A DNA stretch of 18,490 nucleotides from a virus (IMGVR_UViG_3300045256_000127); one strand, 5' to 3'; shown: positions 7,992 through 15,670, counted from the stretch's first letter. Made by a program: numbers and translations. The notes: a model not told the origin generated them from the sequence alone.

Positions 7992-8774
7992 ATGCGACGT
8001 AAAATCCGATTCAAAGAGTTCTTCGAGGCGACCGACATCTTCGGGTTCGAGGACAAGACCGTGCCCGACCAACCGGAAACCCCGGAGACGCCGGTCAATA
8101 CGTTCAGCGTCGGCACCATGATGGACTACCTGTCTAAGTGGAAGATCGGGGCCAAGACGCCGCACGTCAAGTTCATGAACGAAATCCGCTGGGGTCAGAA
8201 CTTCGGGGCGGTCCGGCTCGTCGTCTCCCCCAAGATGGCCTTCATGGTACAGAAGCTCGGCAAGGATTTGGAAGGCCAGGACGCCTGGATCACCAAGAAG
8301 CGGTTCCAACTGAACCGGACCGGCTACGGCGGGTTCGAGGAAGCCGTTGCGTCCGAAATCTTCGATGTCATCAAGGAACTCAGTGAAGGCGGCGTGGACT
8401 CGGCTAAGAAGGAAGTCGAGCGGCTGGACCGGCTTACGGAACGCATCTCCATGAAGATGCAGAAGGTGGCTCAGAACAAGTTCATCTACGAGGGCATCAA
8501 GAAGATCAGCGACAACGAGTACCAGATCGTGTTCGCAGTGAACTCCTACGGCCTCGAAGCCCCGAGCCAGCGGCGGGTGGAACAGCACATCACCCAAGTC
8601 AAGTTCGACCCGGAAGTGGGTTTGATTAAGTGCAGCGACTTCAAAATCGAGTCGCCGACCGGCGGGCCGCACGAGTGGCGAATCATGCCTGCGGACCTGG
8701 AAGTCAACTTCTCCCCGGCCCAGGACCGGGAAGAGATTGAGGAAGTGATCGCCGTTCACTTCAAGTATTTCTAA
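7992..8774 (+). CDS. Hypothetical phage protein (260 aa)
   Basis: GGAG (7981-7984) precedes ATG 7992. Strong GC3 codon bias. N-terminus MRRKIRFKEFFEA. Confidence 0.8.
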   Translation: MRRKIRFKEFFEATDIFGFEDKTVPDQPETPETPVNTFSVGTMMDYLSKWKIGAKTPHVKFMNEIRWGQNFGAVRLVVSPKMAFMVQKLGKDLEGQDAWITKKRFQLNRTGYGGFEEAVASEIFDVIKELSEGGVDSAKKEVERLDRLTERISMKMQKVAQNKFIYEGIKKISDNEYQIVFAVNSYGLEAPSQRRVEQHITQVKFDPEVGLIKCSDFKIESPTGGPHEWRIMPADLEVNFSPAQDREEIEEVIAVHFKYF

Positions 8775-9082
8775 GAGACGACCTGACCCTCGTCCTTCTT
8801 CGGGGGCCAGCCGCCCACGATCACGTCGCCCCAGATCATGTCCCGGATGCCTTTGAGTTCGCCGATGACGTTGAACCCGAGCATCTGTTCGGGGTTCTTC
8901 TTATCGATCTCCTCCAGCGTCTCCAGGGCTTGATTCAGTTGGAACGCCAGCCATGCGGCATTGTCGCCCCGGATGAAGAGGCCGGGCCAGTCCTCGTACC
9001 CGTCCTTCATATTAAACTGGACGGCTCCCGTTTCCACCCGTTCGTCTGTGTCGAGTTGTAGAACTCGTACCTTCTGCGGCAT
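8771..9082 (-). CDS. Hypothetical protein (103 aa)
   Basis: AGGAG RBS. PRVETG..DWPGLFIRGDNA-like phage orphan pattern. Stop overlaps the convergent gene's stop. Confidence 0.75.
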   Translation of the reverse strand: MPQKVRVLQLDTDERVETGAVQFNMKDGYEDWPGLFIRGDNAAWLAFQLNQALETLEEIDKKNPEQMLGFNVIGELKGIRDMIWGDVIVGGWPPKKDEGQVVS

Positions 9083-9090
9083 TGCTTCTC

Positions 9091-9285
9091 CTAGACTAAT
9101 TGGTACTTTCGGTCCATCGTCATTCGCATGCCGTCAGTCTGCAACAGGTAGCTGAGGGCGTCGATGACCTGCCACTCCTTGACACCTGGGTCAAGGAACA
9201 ACACCTTCTGAATGACTTCCAGAGGCCGCATCGGGTTCGCCGACATCGCCTCTTTTACCTTCGAGAGAACGTAGTCATTTTTCAT
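9091..9285 (-). CDS. Small hypothetical protein (64 aa, possibly winged-helix-like)
   Basis: GGAG RBS, overlaps the end of the upstream gene, and fills the gap in the minus-strand run. Confidence 0.65.
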   Translation of the reverse strand: MKNDYVLSKVKEAMSANPMRPLEVIQKVLFLDPGVKEWQVIDALSYLLQTDGMRMTMDRKYQLV

Positions 9286-9958
9286 GCTTGAACTCCCGGT
9301 TGAAGAACTCCTGAAGGTCGGCGTTAAGGTTGGCCTGATAGACGGTTACGTCAAAGCCAACACCCTTCGCCAGCTTCTCCAGGGCGTCCATTTTCTTGAT
9401 CCACGGTGAGAGCAGCAGGTAGTAGTGGGATACCTTGCCGCTGCTCACCCAATACTTCATCTTCGGACCGTCCACCGCCTCTTTTGTCTTATCGAAGGTC
9501 GGCTCGCCGTCGAACTTCTCGAACAGGAACCGCTTCGTGCAGTCCAGTTCTTTCGTGATCTTCGGGTTGACGACCAACGGTCGGGGCGGCGTATCAGCTT
9601 CAACGTGTGTGGCCTTCTTCTCCATCAGCCGCTTCCAGACCTGATACCGCACCCACGCCTTGTCGCCACAAATGCCGTTCGGCTCGACCCTTGCGTTGTA
9701 GGTCTTGAGGACGTGCAGGTTGGCCGAGATGTAATCCTTCAGGCTGCTCTCGTCGAGCAGGCCACGGGTTTCTCGGATGAGCTTCCAGCAGTGCTTAAAA
9801 AGGTTGCACTTCCTCGGGTCGCCTTTGTCGGGTAGCTTGGCGAGGCGTTGATCTGGGAAAATTCTCTTACAAAGCTCCTCCCAGATGCAGGCGGCTCGGA
9901 ACGCCTTCGCCTCGTCGGGGGTCATGTTCCATTCGAAGATCGCCTGCATCCGTGTCAT
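9275..9958 (-). CDS. Hypothetical protein, remote resemblance to T4 gp59 helicase loader
   Basis: 227 aa. The CDS itself is well supported. Function is tentative, based on LFKHCWKL..LKDYISANL..GDKAWVRYQVW and WVSSGKVSHYYLLL. Confidence 0.7.
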   Translation of the reverse strand: MTRMQAIFEWNMTPDEAKAFRAACIWEELCKRIFPDQRLAKLPDKGDPRKCNLFKHCWKLIRETRGLLDESSLKDYISANLHVLKTYNARVEPNGICGDKAWVRYQVWKRLMEKKATHVEADTPPRPLVVNPKITKELDCTKRFLFEKFDGEPTFDKTKEAVDGPKMKYWVSSGKVSHYYLLLSPWIKKMDALEKLAKGVGFDVTVYQANLNADLQEFFNREFKHEK

Positions 9959-9961
9959 AGT

Positions 9962-10378
9962 TCACCTTACCGGATCGAAGTTCGCCGTCGTTCCGTATGA
10001 GTCCGCAAAGTCTTTGCAGACTTGGTATTTACTCTTGAGGACATTCGGGCGACCTTCGAAGTATAGTTCTTCGTTGGACTCGCCGACCCGAATGAACCCT
10101 TCATTCAGTAAAAGCCGCCTGATCTCGTGTCGAGCATCAGTGCAGGCGATTTCGTAAATGTGCCACTCGGCGTTGTGGCTGCCTTCTCTGTCGGCAAGTT
10201 CTGAGTGGTCCCTGTGCATCTCGTCGAGCTTGCTGATGATATCGCCGATCTTCGGGACTTTCTTGATGAAGTATGGGTTTTCGGACACAATTTCGATATG
10301 CTCGTAGAGTTGGCACTGGATGAACTCACCGTTCGGGCAGAGCCATCCTGCCACTTTGGCAGCCAAAGGGTCTGGCAT
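9962..10378 (-). CDS. Hypothetical phage protein (138 aa)
   Basis: AGGAGG lies 6 nt before ATG 10378. GWLCPNGEFIQC..YEH and EGFIRVG motifs are typical of phage orphans. Confidence 0.8.
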   Translation of the reverse strand: MPDPLAAKVAGWLCPNGEFIQCQLYEHIEIVSENPYFIKKVPKIGDIISKLDEMHRDHSELADREGSHNAEWHIYEIACTDARHEIRRLLLNEGFIRVGESNEELYFEGRPNVLKSKYQVCKDFADSYGTTANFDPVR

Positions 10379-10586
10379 GGGCAACCTCCTTGTTTCGGGT
10401 CTAAAGTAACACTTCTTACGGAATGCGCCAAGTCCGCTTGTTTCTCTTCAAGGATTTTGGTAGAAAGATCGATGATACAGAGCAGGTGGCTCTCTCCACC
10501 AGACACAACCGGCTTGCAGTCGCCAGGGCGTGTCTTAGAAGAAAACCTGGGATTACGAATGTTTTCGTAACACCGGCCAGTCTCCA

Positions 10587-10877
10587 ACCGGGGGACTAAG
10601 GGCTTGTCCCGACGATCAAGGTAAGCTCGTACTCCGATACCCTTAAAGCCGAAGTGCTTGTGCGATATATGCCCCGAGGGTGGTCACAAGCTAAGAGTAC
10701 AGTTAGGCGATCATCTAATAGCTGCACTGGACTTTCGTTCAGTTGTTAAATACCAACTCTCGACGCTCCGCACTTAGACAAGTGCCGGAGATAACTTCTC
10801 TACGGCTGTAGCTTTGCGCTATATCTTAAAAGAGAAGTTATATATCTGAGTTGTATTTAACACCTTCGGCCCCCGGT
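10587..10877. ncRNA. Unclassified large structured RNA candidate (or structured origin/regulatory DNA)
   Basis: Stems read by hand: 10587-10594/10870-10877; 10597-10602/10640-10645; 10648-10654/10864-10870; 10656-10662/10685-10691; 10726-10732/10737-10743; 10744-10759/10848-10862 (1 bulge); 10766-10775/10780-10790; 10791-10801/10831-10841; crossing pair 10629-10634/10695-10700. No plausible CDS. Confidence 0.6.
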
Positions 10878-10896
10878 ATGCGCCCTGCCAACAGTG

Positions 10897-11151
10897 ATGT
10901 ACATCGCTACACTATTCCAGCCGAGTCTTGAGTCAGTCGAGAACTGGATGTGTTTCGACGACGAGGAACTGGCAATCCGCAAGGCCCGACACTTCCTCTA
11001 CGATTTCAGCTACGACACCTTCATCGTGATCTACCACCCCAACGGCCAACCATCGCAGTTCGTCTTCTGGCTCGACGACACGGTTTGCCATAGTCCCGAA
11101 GCCCCCGCCTGTTTCGGCCCAAAAGTGGATTGGCGCAACGAGGGGTTTTGA
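10897..11151 (+). CDS. Small hypothetical protein, DWRxxGF C-terminal paralog 1
   Basis: 84 aa, ends KVDWRNEGF. Alternative GTG start at 10894. Confidence 0.7.
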   Translation: MYIATLFQPSLESVENWMCFDDEELAIRKARHFLYDFSYDTFIVIYHPNGQPSQFVFWLDDTVCHSPEAPACFGPKVDWRNEGF

Positions 11152-11166
11152 GTAACATCGGGACTC

Positions 11167-11433
11167 ATGTACTCCGTCCTTTTCATCTGGCCCAGCAACG
11201 ACGTTGAAGAAGAGTGTTTCCAGAAGTACGCCAATCTGGAAGACGCATTCTCCTTCGGCCACACCAAGATGCAGTCCATGCCCGGTGCGGTCATGTGCGT
11301 CATCGTCCGCCCAGGCAGACAGAGCGTGCGAATCTGGTGGGATGCCAGTCGCCTCGTCTCGAACCTGCCCGAACTAAAAGAAAGCGAGCCGAGTTTAGCG
11401 CAAAAACTTGATTGGCGCAAGTACGGTTTCTAG
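11167..11433 (+). CDS. Small hypothetical protein, DWRxxGF C-terminal paralog 2
   Basis: 88 aa, ends KLDWRKYGF. N-terminus MYSVLFIWPS parallels MYIATLFQPS. Confidence 0.72.
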   Translation: MYSVLFIWPSNDVEEECFQKYANLEDAFSFGHTKMQSMPGAVMCVIVRPGRQSVRIWWDASRLVSNLPELKESEPSLAQKLDWRKYGF

Positions 11434-11479
11434 CTAAATTCAGTTAAACCCAAACCCGCATGGATGCGAGGACATAGGC

Positions 11480-11929
11480 ATGGCTGCCTACGGCTACTTC
11501 TACCACGTCACCGATAATCCCAATTGGGCCTTCTCCGTTCGACTCTCGCCTCGGATCACGAACCGATGCGACCAGGACGAGCCGCCGGTCCCCCGCATTT
11601 GCGTCTGCCCGACCGTCGCCGGTTGCTTCATGGCGGCGTGCTACACCGAGGGCTACCGGCGAGTCTACCGCACCCGGAAGAAGGTTCACGCCGTAGAGCC
11701 GTACCGGGTTTACGACTCAAAGGTCACGGGCGAACTCTGGCTGCTCGAACCGACGGACTTCGTTCTGATTCACGACTTCACTGAAGACGACATCGAGCGG
11801 TTCCCCAGGAGCTTCAGTCATTGCAAGACTGACCGGGGGATGATTAACAGCCAGATCGCCGCCAAGAAGCGGCTGATCCAGCACTTCACGAACATCGGAC
11901 ACGAACTGCCGAGGGCACAATGGATTTGA
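11480..11929 (+). CDS. Hypothetical phage protein, possible ADP-ribosyltransferase-like fold
   Basis: GAGG RBS. Motifs FYHVT, PRICVCPTVAGC, VYDSKVTGELW. CDS solid, fold assignment tentative. Confidence 0.7.
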   Translation: MAAYGYFYHVTDNPNWAFSVRLSPRITNRCDQDEPPVPRICVCPTVAGCFMAACYTEGYRRVYRTRKKVHAVEPYRVYDSKVTGELWLLEPTDFVLIHDFTEDDIERFPRSFSHCKTDRGMINSQIAAKKRLIQHFTNIGHELPRAQWI

Positions 11930-13215
11930 TGGAATTCAGTGAAGCCCTGGGGAGAATCGGCGAGCAGTCTGCTATCTACATGTACGCCGATCCGGTCGTC
12001 CCCGACTTCACTACGGGAAACGGGTTCGACCTTCACGTTTTCGGAAGTGGAATCTCAGCCAGCACCGAGGTAAACCCCAAGACCTGCCGCAACATTGCGT
12101 CCATGCTCGACATGGCGATCACCGTCCCCGGCAAGACCCTTCTTGCCTACGACATCAAAAGTACGATCAGTTACATCCGCCATTACCTGAAGAAAGGACT
12201 CAACGTCCAGGGCAACCTGATCGACATCCGCATCGTCGAGAAGTTCATGGGCAAGGACGAGCGGCCCCCTACCTCGTTCGTGGACGCCGTGGCCCGCTCC
12301 CGTGAACTGATGAAAGACAAGTCGTGGGTGCCGCTGTTCAAGAAGCTGCATCAGCCGCTCGCCGTGGAGACGATCCCGGCGATGGAGACGGTGGCCCTGC
12401 TGGACACGGAGGCGAAGTACGCCAAGTGGGGCTGTTACGAAATCGAGGGGCAGACCAACGGGCGGCTGCGGAGCTACAAGGCGTTCGACAAGTCGTATCT
12501 GCCGCACACGCTGTCGGACGACCAGAAGCAGTTCCTCAAGCCACGGGGCGTGAGGGAGAGCTTCCTGTACTTCGACATCAAGAACTGCGAAGTGACGGTC
12601 ATGGGCTGGCTGTCGGGTGACGCCTACCTGTACGATCTAACCCACGGTGAGGCCGACGTATACGCCGCCATCTATAAGGACGTGACGGGCGACCAGTGCA
12701 ACAGCGACAAGAAGCGGGAGATGGCGAAGCTGATGTTCCTGTCGGTCATGTACGGCAGCGGGTCGAAGACGCTCTCGGAGAAGCTGAAGATCAATTTGAA
12801 GGTTGCAGAGGAGTTGGTGGCCCGTATCCACGGGCGGTTTAAGACGACATCGAACTACATGAAGGGCTTGCAGGAGCAGGCCAAAGACGGCCCGGTGACG
12901 GACAAGTTCGGGCGGAAGCGGGAGTACGAGTCCCCGTACATCGCACGCAACGCCGTGACGCAAGCTGCGGCGGCGATGGCGTGCCTAGAGAAGTTGAATG
13001 AAATCCATGCGGTGCTGAAGTCCACTCCGGCTCGGCTCTGCTTATCGGTTCACGACGGCTACTGCGTCGTTAGCCCGACGGATTACCTAAAAGACGCATA
13101 CAGTAAGATTAAGGGCGTCTTTGAGGTTGATTCTAACCTGTGTAATGGGTTAAGATTCAAAGTCGGGTACAGCGTCGGCGACACGCTCGGCACGCTGACA
13201 TCTTTCGGTTCTTAG
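11920..13215 (+). CDS. polA: Short family-A DNA polymerase with degenerate 3'-5' exonuclease region
   Basis: Motif A FLYFDIKNCEVTVMGWLSGD, motif B REMAKLMFLSVMYGSG, motif C LSVHDG, plus YEIEGQTNGRL. 431 aa, with no recognisable Exo I DxE. Confidence 0.85.
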   Translation: MDLMEFSEALGRIGEQSAIYMYADPVVPDFTTGNGFDLHVFGSGISASTEVNPKTCRNIASMLDMAITVPGKTLLAYDIKSTISYIRHYLKKGLNVQGNLIDIRIVEKFMGKDERPPTSFVDAVARSRELMKDKSWVPLFKKLHQPLAVETIPAMETVALLDTEAKYAKWGCYEIEGQTNGRLRSYKAFDKSYLPHTLSDDQKQFLKPRGVRESFLYFDIKNCEVTVMGWLSGDAYLYDLTHGEADVYAAIYKDVTGDQCNSDKKREMAKLMFLSVMYGSGSKTLSEKLKINLKVAEELVARIHGRFKTTSNYMKGLQEQAKDGPVTDKFGRKREYESPYIARNAVTQAAAAMACLEKLNEIHAVLKSTPARLCLSVHDGYCVVSPTDYLKDAYSKIKGVFEVDSNLCNGLRFKVGYSVGDTLGTLTSFGS

Positions 13216-13222
13216 GAGGACA

Positions 13223-13786
13223 ATGCAATCGATTATAAACAACTTCCCCATCAACAACGAGGAATATGCAGCCCTCGAAAAGAAGTTCGGCCTCTTGGCA
13301 CACGACCAAGCGTGGCAGCTAAAGAGGAAGAACTATAACAACAACATGACCGACGAGCAGGAGGATGTGGTACAAGAAATCCGCATTGCTATGATTCGGG
13401 CCGGGTCGTATTACAAGCGTCAGACCTACATTGAGAACTCCTTCCGTTCGCTTCGCCGCCGGGTCCGTGACCCGTTCTTGCGGGGCGTGCTGGAGGAGTT
13501 GAAGTCGTTGTGGAAGAACCGCACCCGCCACGGGGCGAACCGACAAAAATTCGGTCCGCACCAGGAGCGGATGTTGGATCGCCTCGTCCGCCGGTTCGTG
13601 CCGGAGGACCGCCAGCCGAGCCGGGAAGCCCCGCTCCAACTGGACACGAAGTTCCAGACCTACTGCAAGCAGATCACCTGGAACCACCAGAAGCTTTTGG
13701 GTAAGAAAATCACCCGAGAGAAGTCTTGGCGGACGGGTCTTGTCTCTCTAAACGACTTCGACTACTTGGCTAAGAGCGAACTGTAA
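13223..13786 (+). CDS. Hypothetical protein with sigma70 region-2-like motifs
   Basis: AGGAGG RBS. EDVVQEIRIAMIRAGSYY and KFQTYCKQITWN resemble sigma regions 2.2-2.4. No region-4 HTH is visible. Confidence 0.6.
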   Translation: MQSIINNFPINNEEYAALEKKFGLLAHDQAWQLKRKNYNNNMTDEQEDVVQEIRIAMIRAGSYYKRQTYIENSFRSLRRRVRDPFLRGVLEELKSLWKNRTRHGANRQKFGPHQERMLDRLVRRFVPEDRQPSREAPLQLDTKFQTYCKQITWNHQKLLGKKITREKSWRTGLVSLNDFDYLAKSEL

Positions 13787-13810
13787 CAACTAGGCGCACC
13801 CTTCGGCGTC

Positions 13811-13819
13811 TGGTATGAT
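13811..13819 (+). promoter_or_regulatory. Candidate extended -10 promoter (TGG-TATGAT)
   Basis: TGn+TATGAT in the intergenic gap upstream of the MazG-like and helicase genes. Confidence 0.4.
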
Positions 13820-13841
13820 CTGGGGATCAAGGAGGATACCC

Positions 13842-14141
13842 ATGCCGGTCACGAAGGAACAATTCTTTCAGATGGTGGAAGCCGAGATTAACAACGCACA
13901 GTCTCGGTTTCCCCCACTCAACTCCCTACACGAAGCCTACGCCGTCCTGCTCGAAGAAGTGGACGAAGTATTCGAGCAGATGAAGCTCAAGGAATCGAAG
14001 CGGGATCACGATCTCCTCATCAAAGAACTCGTGCAGGTCGCCTCGTGTGCCCTGCGGACGGTTCTCGACGTTGTTAACGACCCCAAGAAAGTGCCGCCCC
14101 CGCCAGAGGGGAATCTGCTGATCGAACTCGGCGTGAGATAA
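13842..14141 (+). CDS. MazG-like (all-alpha NTP pyrophosphohydrolase) protein
   Basis: AAGGAGG RBS before ATG 13842. SLHEAYAVLLEEVDEV...KELVQVASCALR contains the ExxE/EExxE acidic pattern. Confidence 0.75.
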   Translation: MPVTKEQFFQMVEAEINNAQSRFPPLNSLHEAYAVLLEEVDEVFEQMKLKESKRDHDLLIKELVQVASCALRTVLDVVNDPKKVPPPPEGNLLIELGVR

Positions 14142-14185
14142 TAGCGGCGGGTTTCGTTTAACAAGGTTAGCTAACGAGGAGACAT

Positions 14186-15670
14186 ATGCAAGACCCTGAC
14201 ATCGACGATCTGGTAAGCCCCGATGCCGAGAGCAGCGAGACGTACCGCTGGGACGAGGACTTCCAGCGGCACATCATCGCCCTGCTCCTGGTGGACAAGC
14301 AGTTCCTTGTCCAGAGCGTCGATCTGATTAAACCCAGCTACTTCACCAACAAGGCCCACAAGGAAGTCTGCCGGGTTCTGTTCGAACACTACCACAAGTA
14401 CAAGCTCGTCCCGAACAAGACGTTCATCCTCGAAGAATTGAAGAACGTCTTCAAGGAAGACAAGTCGAAGTTGCTTTACCTCAGTGAAGTCAACTCGCTG
14501 TACGAGTATTTCGAACCCGCCCTGGATCACCGGGAGTACCTGTCCGACAAGATCGTCTTCTTTGCGAAGATGATGTCGCTGAAGAATGCCTTCACGCACT
14601 GCCTGAAGGAGATCGACAAAGACCCGGAGTCGGCCGAAACCTGGGCGAAGGTGTACGATACGCTGCGGAAGGCGATGAACGTGGACCGCAACTTCGAGAC
14701 GGGCCTGGACTACTTCGGGACGACGAAGGAGCGGTACGAGCGGATGGCCGAGACGGAGACGGACGGCAGCGACAAGTTCGTCACCGGCTACGAGGGCGTG
14801 GACAAGGAGATCAAGGGCGGCGGCTACAACCGTGGCGAAATGATCGCCGTCATCGCCCCCTCGGGCGTTGGTAAGTCGGTCATGTTGACCAACATGGCCC
14901 GCACGAACGTGCTGCGCAACAAGAAGGTGTTGTACGTCACGCTGGAGTTGTCGGAAGACCGGCAGGCCGAGCGGTTCGACGCCATCTTCGCCGACTCGAA
15001 CATCCACGCCCTGTACGACAACAAGGACAGCATCTTCGCCGAGCTTGAGCAGATTGTGGAAGACAAGCAGGACAAGAAGCTTGTCATCGTGAAGTATTTC
15101 GCTCCGAAAACGTGTACGGTCAACGTCCTTCGGGCTTATATTTCGCAACTCAAGTTCTACGGCTTCGTCCCCGATATGGTAGTATTGGACTACATCGGGG
15201 AAATGAAAGACTACCCCGACATGAAGGTTCACGAGTCCCGTGAACTCATCATCAGTGAACTGCGGGGTTTGGCGAACGAAGGGGAGAAGTTCTTCTGTGC
15301 CGTCGCTATCCAGCCGAACCGTAGCTCGAAGTTGCTCGAAGAACACCAAGCCATCGAAGACGAACACATGGCCGACTCGTTCGGTCAGATTCGCCCGCTG
15401 GACGGTGCCCTGTCGATCAACCAGAGCAAGAACGAGGCCCAGGTCAACATCGGCCGGGGCTGGGTGATGAAGCAGCGATTTGGCCGGGCCAAATACTACT
15501 TCTATCTTGAGTTCGACCGGCAGAGCTTGCGTATCAAGGAGATTTCGCAACAGACATACCGTAACAGGCAATCGTCCCGGACCGAGAAGGTTTCGGAAGA
15601 GACTGCCATTGACAACATCGTGACACATTTTGTACCCTCTGATGCAGCGGAGGAAGGAGATAAGAAATGA
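14186..15670 (+). CDS. dnaB: DnaB/T4 gp41-like SF4 replicative helicase
   Basis: Walker A IAPSGVGKS, H1a YVTLELSE, H2 VVLDYIG, H3 AIQPNR, H4 ADSFG, Arg-finger KQRFG. GAGGAG RBS. Confidence 0.9.
   Translation: MQDPDIDDLVSPDAESSETYRWDEDFQRHIIALLLVDKQFLVQSVDLIKPSYFTNKAHKEVCRVLFEHYHKYKLVPNKTFILEELKNVFKEDKSKLLYLSEVNSLYEYFEPALDHREYLSDKIVFFAKMMSLKNAFTHCLKEIDKDPESAETWAKVYDTLRKAMNVDRNFETGLDYFGTTKERYERMAETETDGSDKFVTGYEGVDKEIKGGGYNRGEMIAVIAPSGVGKSVMLTNMARTNVLRNKKVLYVTLELSEDRQAERFDAIFADSNIHALYDNKDSIFAELEQIVEDKQDKKLVIVKYFAPKTCTVNVLRAYISQLKFYGFVPDMVVLDYIGEMKDYPDMKVHESRELIISELRGLANEGEKFFCAVAIQPNRSSKLLEEHQAIEDEHMADSFGQIRPLDGALSINQSKNEAQVNIGRGWVMKQRFGRAKYYFYLEFDRQSLRIKEISQQTYRNRQSSRTEKVSEETAIDNIVTHFVPSDAAEEGDKK

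Noticed and set aside
10105-10587. Track ORF of 160 aa (minus)
   Set aside because: TTG start without RBS, overlaps the real 138-aa gene out of frame, and runs through hairpin-rich non-coding sequence.
10570-10880. RNase P RNA assignment from CGAAAGUCC after a P3-like arm
   Set aside because: No full P4 partner (ACUGGCUU) in the right position, and no recognisable CR-II/III/IV or L15 GGU. Kept only as a family to test by CM.
10570-10880. tmRNA, tRNA or group I intron assignment
   Set aside because: No T-arm (GGTTCRA) or CCA end on either strand, no P7 with a G-binding bulge or P/Q elements, and the region does not interrupt a gene.
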